A stretch of DNA of 64,000 nt. It comes from a virus. This document shows positions 19,871-35,200 of the stretch, piece after piece. The stretch lies in the IMG/VR virus record IMGVR_UViG_3300022602_000075, positions 1 through 64,000 of that record; one strand, given 5' to 3'. Position 1 is the stretch's first letter, and every line of letters starts with the position of its first letter. The notes beneath the pieces were generated by a model. The model saw only the letters and a program-made list of their open reading frames with translations. It had not been told where the DNA came from and made no database searches. A program made the position numbers and the translations under genes.

Positions 19871-22800
19871 ATGGCTGTAACAAGTAATAGACAATCTAAT
19901 CTTTTTGGTATTAACTATTGGCAACAAGTGTACCAAACCTACGCCGGTGCTGACTTCACCAGCTATAACTACGAAACTCTAAGAAAGAGTTTTATTGACT
20001 ACCTAAAGATTTACTATCCTGAAACTTTCAATGACTATATTGAGAGTTCGGAATTTATTGCGTTACTTGATGTTATGGCATTCATGGGTCAAGGTTTAGC
20101 GTTTAGAAACGATTTGAATGCCCGTGAAAACTTCATAGACACAGCAGAGCGTAGAGACTCAGTTATCAAACTAGCCAACCTAGTAAGTTACACTGCTAAA
20201 CGCAATCTAGCGGGTCAAGGGTTCTTGAAAGTAGTTAGCATACAAACTACACAAAACATTACAGATATTAATGGCATCAACTTAAGCAATATTCCTATTT
20301 TATGGAACGATCCTGCAAACCCAAGTTGGCAAGAACAGTTCAATACAATCATCAATGCTTGCTTGATTAATACGCAGTTTGTAGGTAGACCCGGAAACTC
20401 ACAAGATATATTGGGCGTAACAACTAGTGAGTACGCTATCAGCATTCCTCCTAATAGTCTACCTATAGTACCATTCAACGCTACTATAAATGGCAACACA
20501 ACTAACTTTGAGTTAACTAGCATGACCAGCGTAGGTGAAAATTATTTGTATGAAATTCCACCTGCCCCATCTGGTAAATTCAATATCTTATACAGAAACG
20601 ATCAATTGGGATACGGTAGCCCAAATACAGGCTGGTTCTTTTATTTCAAGCAAGGGTCACTACAAAATTTCCCATTTACTTTAGCGCAGCAAATTGCTAA
20701 TCAGGTTATTAATATTGGGAATATTCAGGGTGTAAACAACACAGATACTTGGTTATACCAAATAAGCACAAATAATGCTTCTCCCGCACTTTGGACTCAA
20801 GTAGAAAATGTTTATGCAAACGCTTACTTGCAAGCAGTAGCAGAAGGCTCACAGCGAGCCATATTCTCTGTAAGTTCTGGTTTTAACGACACCGTAAGTT
20901 ATGTATTTGGAGATGGAGTATTTTCAGAAATTCCTGTAGGTAATTTTACAGCATATGTTCGTGCTGGAAACGCACTGTCATACACAATTTATCCTAGCGA
21001 CATGCAAGGTTTAACAGTAGCATTCAGTTATGTTACCCGAGTAGGAACACTAGAAACTCTTACATTTAGTTTAGAACTGCAAGAAACTGTTTCAAACGCA
21101 CAGGCCAGAGAAACAATTGGTGATATCAAGCAACGCGCCCCTGCAGGTTACTACACACAAAACAGAATGGTAAACGGACAAGACTATAATAACTTCCCAT
21201 ACTCGTACTATAGTTCTATTATCAAGTCTCAGGCTATCAATCGTAGTTCTATTGGCATTTCTAAGAACATAGACTTGTTAGATTCGACTGGTAAATACTC
21301 AAGCACTAATTCATTTGGTGATGACGGAGCACTATATCAAGATGCCACTCCGGGATTTTTAACCCTAACTATCAATTCTAATAGTGATATTATTGTATTC
21401 TTGACTTCTACATTATCTTCGGCTCTAGCAGACAACAGAGCAAATCAATACTACGTACAATATTACACCAGATATTCAATCAACTCTACTACTGCGCCTA
21501 GTACAATTCTTTGGCAGACCAGTTCAGTTGACACAAGCAGCGAATCTGGTTATTTCTACTATGTAAGCGGCGATCAAAATATTCCAGTGCAATTAGGAGT
21601 ATACGCTACAAATAATTTACAGTATGTAACACAGGGTGCGCTTTGCTATTTCACTGCTCCAACTGGTTACTATTTTGATTCATCAAACAGGTTAGTAGCA
21701 GGAGTACCTAAACCAACCGATGTTACAGGATTTTGGACTACTGTACTCAATGTAATAGGTGATGGTTCTAATAACGGAGTAGGTAGTTTTTCAAATGGAA
21801 CAGGTCCTGTAGTCTTAAATGGTTATGTACCTAGCACTGCGATCTTGACTACTGTGATTCCAGTATTCAGTAATTCGCTACCAACGGACATCATACAACA
21901 AGCAACTATCAAATTGCAATTACAATTGAGTTTTAGTTTAGTATTCAATAACTCTATTGCAATTAACCAAGATCGTTGGTCAATTAGTTATTACGGTGAT
22001 CCTAAAGCATTTGTAAATTTTGCAGCAACAGGAACTACGGGTGCAAACATTTATACAGTCACATATAATCAATTAACTTATTACTTTGGTAGTGTAGCAG
22101 ATACAAGATTTGCTCCACCTAGCAACACACTTGTTTATGATCCGTTCTCAGGAAAAACTTTGCAAGACTTTATCAATATACTACCAGTCAATACTCTTCC
22201 TAACTCATCGTATCCTTTGAGTGTTCCTGTGAAGATTAATATCGTAGGACAAACTACAGAACCTGACGGTTACACAGACGATTTCCAAGTTGAAGTTTCT
22301 GCCACTGACGTAAATGATGCTCAACTTATATTGAATCCTGACTTCTTTAATTTTGTAACAGGTTACCAACAAGGTGGACAGAATTTTGGCATCTATGTTT
22401 TCTTTGAAAAGATTGTAGACGCATTCAATTTAACAAGACACCAAATTGTCCCATCTTCTAGCGTAATCTATCAATATCCTACATCTACTCAAATAGAGTT
22501 AGTAAAATACGACTATCCAGTAGGACAGTTATTCTTTGCATACAATGAAGTCAACTCTTCTGGTGGGGTAGGTAATTTTTACACTACCGCGCAGAATCCA
22601 TTAGTTACTACGCCAGATTACTCACTAGTGTTGCAAACCAAATACTCAGTAGAAACGGGTAGACAGGGATTAAGTTTTCAATACAGACACAATTCTAATA
22701 ACACTACAAGAATTGATCCAACTACAACAAATATCATTGATTTGTATATCGTAACACAAAGTTACTACACACAATATCAAAACTATATTCAAGACACAAC

Positions 22801-23287
22801 TGGTACAATACCTGAACCAGAAATGCCGACTATCGATGAATTAAATCAGTCTTATGGTCAGTTACAAGATTATAAGATGGTCAGCGATAGTCTTATACCT
22901 AATAGCGTAGTATTCAAGCCACTGTTTGGTCCTAAAGCAGATCCAGCACTTCAAGCCACTATTAAAATCGTTCCTGTTGCAGGAGTAAGCGCAAGTAATA
23001 GTGAGATTATAAGTGCAGTACTTACAGCAATGAACGAATATTTTAACATAAATAATTGGAACTTCGGTGATACTTTCTATTTCTCTGAACTAGCAGCATA
23101 TCTACATACTAATGTTGGTCAATATGTAAGTTCTGCGGTACTAGTTGCTAATGATCCAAATCAACCGTTTGGATCATTATATGAAATTCAATGTGCTCCG
23201 TATGAGATATTCGTTAATGCGGCTACAGCGAATAACATTGTTGTGATACCTGCATTGACACCGGCAGAACTACAAATAGCGTTATAG
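19871..23287 (+). CDS. Baseplate wedge subunit (gp6-like)
   Basis: DFTSYNYETLR, FRNDLNARENFIDTAERRDSV, FGDGVF, QNRMVN..DY motifs. Confidence 0.9.
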   Translation: MAVTSNRQSNLFGINYWQQVYQTYAGADFTSYNYETLRKSFIDYLKIYYPETFNDYIESSEFIALLDVMAFMGQGLAFRNDLNARENFIDTAERRDSVIKLANLVSYTAKRNLAGQGFLKVVSIQTTQNITDINGINLSNIPILWNDPANPSWQEQFNTIINACLINTQFVGRPGNSQDILGVTTSEYAISIPPNSLPIVPFNATINGNTTNFELTSMTSVGENYLYEIPPAPSGKFNILYRNDQLGYGSPNTGWFFYFKQGSLQNFPFTLAQQIANQVINIGNIQGVNNTDTWLYQISTNNASPALWTQVENVYANAYLQAVAEGSQRAIFSVSSGFNDTVSYVFGDGVFSEIPVGNFTAYVRAGNALSYTIYPSDMQGLTVAFSYVTRVGTLETLTFSLELQETVSNAQARETIGDIKQRAPAGYYTQNRMVNGQDYNNFPYSYYSSIIKSQAINRSSIGISKNIDLLDSTGKYSSTNSFGDDGALYQDATPGFLTLTINSNSDIIVFLTSTLSSALADNRANQYYVQYYTRYSINSTTAPSTILWQTSSVDTSSESGYFYYVSGDQNIPVQLGVYATNNLQYVTQGALCYFTAPTGYYFDSSNRLVAGVPKPTDVTGFWTTVLNVIGDGSNNGVGSFSNGTGPVVLNGYVPSTAILTTVIPVFSNSLPTDIIQQATIKLQLQLSFSLVFNNSIAINQDRWSISYYGDPKAFVNFAATGTTGANIYTVTYNQLTYYFGSVADTRFAPPSNTLVYDPFSGKTLQDFINILPVNTLPNSSYPLSVPVKINIVGQTTEPDGYTDDFQVEVSATDVNDAQLILNPDFFNFVTGYQQGGQNFGIYVFFEKIVDAFNLTRHQIVPSSSVIYQYPTSTQIELVKYDYPVGQLFFAYNEVNSSGGVGNFYTTAQNPLVTTPDYSLVLQTKYSVETGRQGLSFQYRHNSNNTTRIDPTTTNIIDLYIVTQSYYTQYQNYIQDTTGTIPEPEMPTIDELNQSYGQLQDYKMVSDSLIPNSVVFKPLFGPKADPALQATIKIVPVAGVSASNSEIISAVLTAMNEYFNINNWNFGDTFYFSELAAYLHTNVGQYVSSAVLVANDPNQPFGSLYEIQCAPYEIFVNAATANNIVVIPALTPAELQIAL

Positions 23288-23298
23288 GTTTAAAATAA

Positions 23299-26200
23299 AT
23301 GGCCAAAGTAATTAGAACATTAGATTTCTTACCTGAGATATTTCAGACACCCTCAAACCAACAGTTCTTGAGTGCAACTCTTGACCAACTAGTAAATCCA
23401 CCTGATTTACAAAAATTACAAGGTTTCGTAGGTAACAGATTTGGTTACGGTGTTAACGCCAATGACTATTATGTTACTGAACCAGATGCTACTAGAACAA
23501 ACTATCAATTAGATCCGGGCGTTGTATTCACTAAGCCAGGCACTTCAACTGCCACAGACTTTATTAGTTATCCTGGAATCTTGAATGCTATCAATGCAGC
23601 AGGTGGCTTAGCCAATAACAATAGCAGATTGTTTAATTCACAATTCTATTCTTGGGATTCATTTACTAATTTAGATCCTCTAATCAATTTTAATCAGTAC
23701 TATTGGTTGCCTGAAGGGCCACCGGCAGTTACAGTAGCAGCAGCAACAGTATTCTCAGCTGAAGATTATGTAGTAACTGCTGAGGCTAATGGATATAATA
23801 TTTCAGTTCTAGGTTCGGATACGGGCAGTATTAATCCTACTATTACACTGTTGCGCGGCGGCGTATACAACTTTTATGTAAATCAATCTACTCAATTTTG
23901 GATTCAAGGTCTTCCTGGCGTACAGGGAATTGATCCAACAAATCCAAATCAAAGCGTTCGTCAAATATATGGCGTAGGCAACAATGGTGCGGAAACAGGC
24001 ATAGTAACATTTACAGTTCCGCCAGCAAACGCACAACAACAATATATTCTTCCTGGAAACAACTTAGTAAGTCTAGTAAGTAATATCCCTTACGAGAATT
24101 TGAACGGACAACTAGTATCAACTATTAAAAACATAGACGGTGTAACATCATTGAATGGCATGACCGTGATGTTCTATGATACTGGTACTCCAGTAAACAC
24201 CAACTTCTATAAAATTGCTTATGTGGGAGATCCTAATAATCCTACTATTAGTTTATCTGTAGTTAGTGCTATACCAGTCAATCAAAACATCAATGTAGTA
24301 TATGGAAACACATATGGTGGATTGACTTTCTATTTGGATAATTCTAACAACATAGAACAACTACCGTATATTTCAGCCCCGCTAGACACACTCTATTACC
24401 AAGACGGCAGTGATCCTACAAGAGTAGGAATGATAAGACTTATTGAGAGTAATGTTACTAATCAATTAGATATAAACACTCAAGTATTAGGCCAAAAGAA
24501 CTTCACATCAACAAATGGTGTAGTATTTACAAATGGCTTAAAAGTACAGTTTAATGGAGACGTAGTACCTTCAAGTTACTTAACTGGGCAATATTATGTA
24601 CAGGGTGTGGGTACGGCTATTGAATTACTTCCTGTAAGCGATTTCATAGTATCAGAGCCATTTACAGGTGACGTTCTTACACCTTGGGATTCTACTAATT
24701 GGGATATAGGCAATTTTTCTGACACACTGTACATACCTACATACCCTGATTATATCACAATTGCTAGAAATTCTATCAACCGAAACCCATGGTCGCGCAG
24801 TAATCGTTGGTTTCATATTGACGTAATCAATGCTACTGCACAGTATAATAATGATCCATCTATTGCTACTACATTTGCTAGACAAGATAACAAGGCGGCT
24901 AGACCGATCATCGAGTTTTATCCAAATCTAGAACTATTCAACTATGGTTCAGTTGGTGTAAGTGCAGTTGATTTTATTGATTTTAGAACAACTGACTGCT
25001 TAAATCTTGTCGCCGGTCAACCTGTTTATTATCCAGACGTTGATGTGTACACTGCATATAACGCAAATGTCTTTAATCCCCCTGTACCTACTGTAGGATT
25101 CACAACACCTTCACCAATGGGTAGCATCAATGTTGCAAATATGCGAGCAGTAGCAATCAGCCCAACTGGTGTATATGTTGCAGTTGGTTATGGAACTGCT
25201 AATTCTGCTCTTTACTCTGTATCGACAGATGGTATCAATTGGACTACGCCAGCATCAATGAATGGAGTTGTTGTTCCTGCCGCCAGTATGAATTCAGTAA
25301 CAGTTAATTCTGCTGGGCTTTTTGTCGCTGTGGGAGGGGCAGGTTATCCTTACTACGCTACATCAACAGATGGCATTAATTGGACTACTCCTGCGCTGAT
25401 GAACGGTAGTTCTGTTTATACTCAAATGCGCTCGGTTACTGTTAATTCGTCTGGTTTATTTGTTGCGGTTGGCAGTGACGGAAGTACTTATCCGTTGTAT
25501 GCTACATCCACAGATGGTACTAATTGGACTACTCCTGCTATAATGAACGGCAGCACTAGTTTCGCTGCAATGCAAGCAGTTACTGTAAACTCTTCAGGAT
25601 TATTTGTTGCTGTCGGTTATGATGGCAACCAATACCCAGTTTACGCTACATCAGTAGATGGTAGCACTTGGACTACACCTACACCGATGAATGGTACTAC
25701 TAATCCGGTTCGGATGCTAGCGGTCACTGTTAATTCATCTGGGTTATTTGTTGCTATTGGAACTGATATTAATACCGGTTATCCAGTTTATTCTACTTCA
25801 ACAACTGGTAGTAATTGGATTACTCCTGTAGCAATGACTGGTTCTGCTAGCGGCATAAGAATGACTGCTGTTTCAACGAACTATTACGGTTTATTTGTCG
25901 CTGTTGGGTACGACCAAAACACAGTTGATGGCGTAGCGTACAGACCAGTTTACTCAACTTCGTTAGATGGAAGTACGTGGACTGCACCTGCTTTCATGAA
26001 TAATAGTATCGATCCTGCTAATATTTATGGAGTTGCTGTAGACACAATCGGTGGATTTGTTGCTGTGGGAGACTCGGGTGTTAGCGGAGTAGTATCTAAG
26101 TCGGTAATTCAATTGCCTTCTACTTCTACTACTGTAACTGTACCAGTGGCTTCAGTTACTGGCACCCTAGAAGTAGGCATGTATATAAACGATTCTCAGA

Positions 26201-29200
26201 ATATATTGCCACCAAATACACAAATTACTAGTATTACTAATCACTCAGGGGTACTATACATTGAAGTATCTTGGCCAAATCCTACAGTACTGTCAGGAAT
26301 AATCGGGGTATCACTTGTAGCCGATCCTAGCAGTAATACTAATTACGCTTTATTCCCTGGCGCTAGAGTTATATTTGCAGCCGATCCTGCTCAAAAAGCA
26401 AAAATATTTGTTGTAAACTTCTCTACAGTTACACAAGGATCACCTCCTGTTATTACATTAGCAGAAGCACCAGATGGTCAAATAGTAGCAGGTAATGTAG
26501 CAGCAGTAATCAGAGGATATAATAATCAAGGTTATAGTTTCTGGTACAACGGTACTGCTTGGGTACAGGCACAACAAAAGATTACCAACAATCAAGCACC
26601 ATTATTTGATGTGTTTGACTCAAATGGTATAAGTTTTGGAAATCCTGCATATTATGTTGGTACTTCATTCAAAGGATCACGTTTATTCTCTTACGCTATA
26701 GGTACTGGGCTTGCTGATAAGGTATTAGGATTCCCGCTAAGTTATAGTTCAGTAAACAATATTGGCGACATTAGTTTTGACGTATCATTCAATTCAGATA
26801 CTTTTACATATGTCAACAGTTCTTCTCCTGTTACTGAAAACGTAAACACTGGATTTGTTTATAACACAAATAGTTTAACTGACCACACTAGATTACTGGG
26901 TTGGCAAACAGCAGTAGGACCTAGCGTACAGTATCAGGTATTTGAATTTAACTATGTAAGAAATTATGTAGTACCTAACAACGCATTCTTGTTAGATGTT
27001 GCACCAGTTGCTTCTGATGTAGAGCCTTGGCCAGTCTTAGAAGTTTACGTAAACAATGTATTGCAACCATCTACTAACTACACTGTAACCACAACTAGTG
27101 ATTCTACTACTGTAGTAATCAATATTCCAAATCAGATAACAAACACACTTGTTCAGATTTTAGTGTTAAGTGATCAAGTAAGCAAATATGCGTTCTATCA
27201 GATTCCGATCAATCTAAGCAACAACCCATTCAACACAGATATTACTGTAACTAATGTAGGTGATATTAGACGACAATACGCAAGCATATTTAATAACTGC
27301 CCAAACACAACAGGACACGTATTTGGCTCTAACAATTATAGAGACTTGGGTAATTTAGTACCATACGGTAATGTTATTATACAGAATAGCGCATCTCTAG
27401 CATTACCTGCTACATTCTTGCGTAATCTAGATTTCAATATTTTTGATGCGCTAGCATACAATAGCAAAAAGTATGTTGAATACAAGAACCTAATCGTATA
27501 CACAGTAAATAGTTACCCATTCGACCAGCGTTATGATCCAGCATATGTATTGAACACTGCTATTGATCTTATCACTGCGGCTAAAGACAGTTCTCAATCA
27601 TTCTTCTGGAGTGATATGATTCCTGCCAAAGCCCCGTACGCATCAAATGCTTATACTTTCAAAAGCAACTTAGACAGAACAGTTTATCCTTTAACACAAA
27701 CTTATAATTTCAAAACAGCAAATTATAATGGTGTTTTAGTATACTTGTCTAGAACTATTAGCGGATTAACTATAACTAAGCAGCTAGTAATTAATCAAGA
27801 TTATACAGTAAGTGCTACTGCACCTTCGCTAGAAATTACTATTCAATTGCTAGCAGGTGACGTTGTAACTATCAACGAATACAATCAAACTTATGGAAGT
27901 TATGTACCAAACACTCCAACTAAGTTAGGATTGTATCCTGCTTTCATACCTGAAGTAGTTTTAGATACTGGTTATCAGCAACCAACTTACTTCATCAAGG
28001 GTCACGACGGTTCTTACAACAAACTGTACGGCGATTATATTCCTGAAACAGATACGCTTGTTGACTTTAGAGACCAAGCACTGCTTGAGTTTGAAAAGAG
28101 AGTGTATAACAATCTTAAGTTAAGCAACACTATTCCAATTCAAGCATATGAAGTTACACCGGGCTTCTTTAGAACAACTGACTATTCATACGATGAATGG
28201 TTAGAAATTTACACACCTGGATTCTTGAATTGGGTAGGACAAAACAAACTAGACTACAAGCAACAGTACTATAATTCTTACAACCAGTATACTTGGAACT
28301 ATAAGAAGACTACTAACAAAGTAGACAATAGCGTTATCGACATTGGTTACTGGAGAGGCGTGTATAGTTATTTCTACGACACAACTACTCCCAACACTAC
28401 ACCGTGGGAAATGTTAGGTTATAAGAACGAACCAAGTTGGTGGACTGACAGATATGGTCCAGCACCATACACCAGCAATAACTTAGTTCTTTGGGGAGAT
28501 TTAGCAGCAGGCTTAGACTGGAATAACGGAAATCCTGTTGTAATACCTAAAGCAGTTCGTAATGGATTGTTAAAAGTGTTGCCTGTAGACAGTCAGGGTA
28601 ATTTAATATCACCATTCCAAAGTGTAGTGGCTAATTACTATACTCCATCATTTGAAGCAAACTGGGTAGTTGGTGACGACGGCCCAGTAGAATTCAGTTA
28701 CAGACGCAGTAGCAGTTGGCCTTTCGACTTAATGCGTATTCTAGCACTCACTAAACCAGCAGAATTCTTTAATTTAGGCGCTTGGGTAGACAACTACAAA
28801 TACAGCGAAGAGTTCAACCAGTACTTAGTTGGTGGCAGAAGTCACTTAGTACCTAACGAAATTCCAGTATATGGTTCGGGCACACCTGTAACAAGTTATA
28901 TTAACTGGGTAGTTGACTACAGAAAGCAGTACGGTGTTGACGCTACTACAACAATCACTACGTTGATAAACAACTTAGATGTAAGATTAGTATACCGTTT
29001 AGCAGGATTCAGCGATCAAAACTTGTTGAATTTCTATATTCAAAGCACTAATCCAAATAGCAATAACTCTTCATTGCTAATACCAAATGAAAGTTATCAA
29101 GTGTTATTATACAGCAACCCACCATACAGCGTGTTGCAGTACTCAAGCGTAATCGTTCAAATCACTAATCAAGGTCAGTATGCCGTATTTGGTAATTCAC

Positions 29201-32200
29201 AGAATTCGGCGTATTTTTCAACTCTAGTACCTAAAAACGATGGGCAGACTAGTACTACAAAAGTAGATTCACTTTCAGTAACAGTACCTAGAAACTTTAC
29301 ATCGACCGAAGAAATGGTGCCATATGGTACTATATTCCAAACTCCGCAAGCAGTTGCAATATTCTTAGCCAGTTATGGTGCTTACTTAGAAGCGAATGGT
29401 GCAACATACGAATATCAACTTGGTGCCCTACCAATTAATTGGAATCAAATGATTTCAGAATTCTTGTACTGGGTACAAATTGGTTGGCAGCCGGGCGCAA
29501 TCACTACACTAAATCCTGCTGCTTATGAACTTACAATCAATAGAGAAAATCAGATCGTACAGCCACTAAGCGTACAAGGTGCAAACTTTGTATTAAATCA
29601 AAACTTGTATCCAATCAAGAATGCTGACTTATCAATTATCAGAAATGGTACACAGTTTAGCGTTACTCCTCTAAATCAGGGTGACACTATTAGTTATGGA
29701 CAATTCAACTTGAGTAATTTTGAAAACGCTTGCGTATTCAACAATACTACAATGTTTGGCGACACTATTTGCGATTTAGTAACTGGCTTAAGACAAAACA
29801 GATTATACTTGAGAGGGGCTAAAACTGCAAGTTGGAATGGTACATACACTGCGTCGGGCTTCATTATCAATCAAAATAATGTGGTACAATGGGATCCGGC
29901 AGCCAAGTACACTAAAGGACAAATTGTAAAATACAAAAATCAATACTGGGTCGCTCAAGATATTATACAACCAAGCGAAACATTCCAACAAAAGTATTGG
30001 TTGCTATCAAACTACAACATGATACAAACAGGTTTGTTGCCTAACTCTAGCACTAACTCGCTAGACAGTACATATTACTACAGCAATGAACAGTCTGCAC
30101 TCAATACAGACACTAACTTATTGTGTTACTCATTGATTGGATACAGACAGCGCGATTATGCTGCTATTGCTGATCTAACAGATGTAACACAAGTCAATGT
30201 TTATCAGAATTTGATCAAGACTAAGGGAAGCACTAATGCGGTTAGCGCATTTAAGGGCGCAACTTTACCTCACGGCGGCATAGATTATAACGTATACGAA
30301 AACTGGGCTATTTTGTCTAGCAATTTTGGCGGCGTGTTAAACAATAACTTTGTTCAGTTTAAACTTAACGCAGCAGAATTAAGTGGTAACCCCTTCATTG
30401 TGGGTTTAACTGACGGAGTATCTACTACTGGAGTAGAACAAGAAGTACCTCTTTACTCTTTATACAACTACAATTACAGTTCACCTCCAACCAGCCCTAA
30501 TGTATTACCTACTATAAGCCAATATGTTCCATCTACATTATTCCCTGATGCTGGATATGTGAACTTCAACGACGTTAAAATGTCGTCTTACTTCTATTCT
30601 CAATTGCCTACTGCCGTAAATCAACAAGGAGTAATTATACCTCTTACAAGTTTCTACGTAGGTGATTATGTTTGGTTAGCCAATTACTTAAATCAATGGA
30701 ATGTGTATACTCCAATTTCACTTGGTCAAGTTGTTGCTGTAACAAACAATTTAAATAATACTTGCACTGTAACATTCTCACAGATGCACAATTTAAAACA
30801 ATATGATTTGATCGCCATAACAAACTTTAATAGTGCAGTAAACGGATACTATACGGTTAATAATGTTGTTGACAATTATCAGATTACTATATTGTTGTCG
30901 TTAACTTCAAGTTCTCGTCAATTAATTGGTCAAGGCGTAGGTATGTATCTGTCCCCGCAGCGTGTAACTACACCTTCGCAAATCACAAATCTTCCTTTAG
31001 ATTCTTCTGAGTTTGTTAAGAACACAGTTTGGGTAGATACTAATAATGACGGTGGATGGGCAGTTTACCAAAAGAACATCAACTATCAGTTAGAAGAAGA
31101 AATCACTCAACCGCTCAATGATAGTTTGTCGTTTGGTAGTTCTGTAGTTTACAACAGTAACTTAGGTGGCTACTTAATTGGTGACCCTAATTTAGGAAAC
31201 GTATACAGATATGATCTTAACCAGGGCACGGGCGGATATGACTTATTCCAAACATTAACTCATGCTGCATCGTTTGGTTCTTCTATGGTAAACGAAGGAT
31301 CAATTTATGTAATATCACAACCTACAGGTACTCCAACTGTTTATATCTATACTATCAACAATTCGGTACTATCAGATCAACTAATTTCATACCAGGCAGG
31401 AATCACTGCGCCTAGCGGCGTAACTAATTGGGGTAGCGCATTAGCATTATCCGGTGATACTAATTGGTTGTATATCTCAGACACCGGTCATAATAAAGTT
31501 TATGTTTACAATAAGCAAAATATATTGTTAACTGCTGGCAGTTTTGTGACAGGTGAAACGTACACTATCAACAGCATTGGTACTACAGACTTTACTGCTG
31601 TAGGTGCAATCGAAAATAAAGTAGGAATTACATTTATCGCAACAGGTGCTGGATCAGGTACAGGCACAGCAACTCAATCTACATATAAATCTTCAGCAAT
31701 CATCGATGCTACTGGATTCTTGACCACTGGTGATAACTTTGGATACTCAATCGCAACTGATTACTACGGTGATACTGTTGTGATCGGTGCACCAGATGTT
31801 GACTACAGCACTGATTATCAAAACTGGGGTTCTGCGTATGTATATGAAAGAAGTGTGCAGAATTTCATAGCACCATACACATATCCTCTTAACTCAAATC
31901 CTGCACCATCTTTCCAATTAGCATGGTCTCCGTCAGCAGTACAAGTAAGCGTTAATAGTGTTGCAGTTCAAGCAAGCGAATACTCTATTTCAGGATCTAC
32001 TTTAACATACACCGGTTCTTTGACCGCGGGAGATATCATCAATGTAAGCGGAAATGTATTCACTAAAGTACAAACACTTACTACACAAAACAATCCTCAA
32101 GTAGGAGTGCAGTTTGGTCTATCAGTAGATACAACTGCTCATGCAGGTGAGATTATTGTCGGTGCCCCATTCGAATTAACACAGCAATTAGTAGAAGGTG

Positions 32201-35200
32201 CAGTATACAGATTTACTAACGGTGGTGCAGAGTACGGTCAAGTATATGGCACATCACCAGTAGCAACTACTGCTACTCGCACAATACTGATTAATGGCTT
32301 TGCTGCAACTATACCTTCTGGTGCTAATGCAGCAGTAGCAGCAAACACTATTAATCAAACTAATATTATCAACATTACTGCTAGTGCAACTAGCGACAAT
32401 AAACTAGTTATTAGTTTAACCAATCCTGCTTTAGCACAGGCTAATGAAAAATTACTAGTGACGGCACTAAACAGTTCAGCATTGACTGAATTAGGAGTTA
32501 ATACATACACTCAAACACAAGTTGTGCTATGCCCACATACAGAAGGGCCAACACAATTTGGTACTGTAGTCAAGTTCAATGAGTCGGGATCATTTGTAGC
32601 CAGTGCACCAGTTGGCACTAGATATGAAGATACGACATTTGATGTTGTAGATTATCCTGATCAGGATACAATCTTTGACAACAATACTACACAATTTATT
32701 GAGTCGTTCCCAAATGCTGGCGCAGTTTACATGTTTGATTATTTGGGTAACTACAACGAAACTCTACAAAATCCTGGATCATTTGTATATGCTCAAAGTG
32801 TAAATGCACCAAATCTAACATACGGTCCTCAGCCGCGTTACGGCACTGCTATTGACTTTGTTAGCAATCGAGTTGTAGTTGGCACACCAAATATGTACAA
32901 TTATGACATTAGTGCAACTACACTAACAGCCGGAGTAACATATACTATTGTATTCGTAGGAACAACAGACTTTACTGCAATTGGTGCTGTTTCGAACACG
33001 GTTGGTGTTACATTCGTTGCTACAGGGCCGGCTTCTGGTTCAGGATTTGCTACTGACGGTGATTTAGTAAGTTATGGTCAAGTAATTTCTTACACTAATT
33101 CTGTTGGTCAACAAGACTGGGAAGTTTACAGACAAACTGCACCAATTGTTGATACTGCAAGAATTGGGTACATGCAGATTTTCAGCGCACAAACTAATAA
33201 CACATTAGTAAACTTAGACTACTTTGATCCATTGCAGGACAAGTTATTAGGTGCAGTAGCAGAAAACATTGATGTTATTTCAAACAATGATCCTGCAAGT
33301 TACAATAATGGAAATGTAACTCAACGTGCATTAGTTTGGGGTAAAGAACATTTAGGCAATATTTGGTTTAATACTTCTAATGTTAGATTCGTAAACTATC
33401 ACCAAGATGATGTAGTATATAACAGTAAGTATTGGGGTGCGGTATTCCCTGGTAGTGATGTTGCAGTATATACTTGGGTAGCAAGCAATAACCCACCTGC
33501 AAACTATCAGGGCCCGGGCACACCATATAACACTAACCTATACACGATAGAAACTATATTAAATGCCTCACAATCAGCAGTACCTGTTTATTACTTCTGG
33601 GTAAGAAACACTAGTATTATCTTTAGTGAACAAGGAAAGACTCTATCTGACACCGTGCTGCAATCATATATCAGCAGTCCTCAAAACTCAGGTATAAGTT
33701 ACATTTCTCCAATACTACCTAATGTATTCTCAGTGTATAATTCACAGCAGTACTTGAACGGTAATGATAGTGTGCTGAATGTGGGTTATGCTACTGGTGT
33801 GACTAACGATCAATATCACACTGAATACTCACTCATTAGAGAAAATTATCCTGATGACTTCTTGCCAGGTTTACCAACTCTAGCAAATCCTACCCCAACA
33901 TTACTATATCAAAAATTATTGTATAGTTTGTCAGGCGTAGACGGAATAGGTCAAGTAGTACCAGATCCGTTCTTGCCAGTAGCAGTGCAATCTGGTGTTG
34001 CAGCACGACCAAGACAAAGTTTCTTCTTAGACAGATTCATAGCACTTCAAAATTACATTGAATTTGCAAACAATGTAATGAGCAAGTATCCTATCACTGA
34101 AATCAGAGAAAATGCTACTTACTTGTATGCTAAAGGTCCGTTCTACGACACATCTAATTATTGGGAGTTTATAAACTGGTGGGCACCTGGCTATGATAAT
34201 TCTATCAGATCATCTACAGTAGTACCTTTCTACGCAGATTTGTCAACTTTAAGCGTTGCACCAGGTACTATTGTAAAAGTACAATCTAACGGTGCAGGTA
34301 AATCAGAGTGGTATATCTTAGTAGCTGGAAACGTTTGGAATCGCATAGGGTTACAAAACGGCACAATTCAATTCAAGTCTAGCCTTTGGAATTACAAGGA
34401 TGCAGGATTTGGTTGGGGTAATAACTTCTTTGATACTGCGTCATTCGACACGTATCCTAGTGAAGAAACTTATTGGATAGCAAGAGCATTAACTGAACAG
34501 ATTTATACTAACGAATTGTTGGCTTACAGAAATAATAGTTTGATCTTATTGTTCCAGTATATTCAAAGCGAATCTGTATCTTCGCAAAACTATCTTACTT
34601 GGTTGAACAAGACTTCATTAGTAGATGTTTCACACAACATCAGACAATTGCTTCCTTATGAAAACTATCAGTCTGACAATCAAGATTTCTTAGCTGGATA
34701 CTTAGGAGAAGCATTACCTTACCACGTATTCATTAAAGAGTTTACATATGTATACACTGGTTCTAACACATGGGCCGGTAATGTAATCGACTTTGATTTA
34801 CCAGCACAATATAACACTACAATTGATCAGTTTGTATCACCTCAATTGGTATACAGTAATCCTGATAATGTTTATACATACTCACCAACGAGTCTAATTT
34901 GGCAGCAACCTGAGTACTATCAGTGGTTTACTAATTATGGAATTAGTCTGACAGGTGAAACCAACTACTTGATCGGTGAAATAACTGCTTATTTGGGATT
35001 AGGATCTTCGGTTATTGCAGTAACAAATGCTTCAGGATTCCCATTAAATGGTGTAATCATGATTGGTGAAGAAAAGATTGCATACTCTACTGTAAACCGT
35101 GCAAATAATACTTTAACCAACTTAGTAAGAGGTTACGGTGGTACTACTGTTAGCGTTCACTTCCCTGGCGAAAACATTTATATTGACTTGCCAGCAGTTC

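Noticed and set aside
25090-26100. Regularly spaced repeats as a possible CRISPR array
   Set aside because: Degenerate, in-frame protein repeats of about 150 nt with no identical repeat-spacer structure. No CRISPR array was seen in the window.
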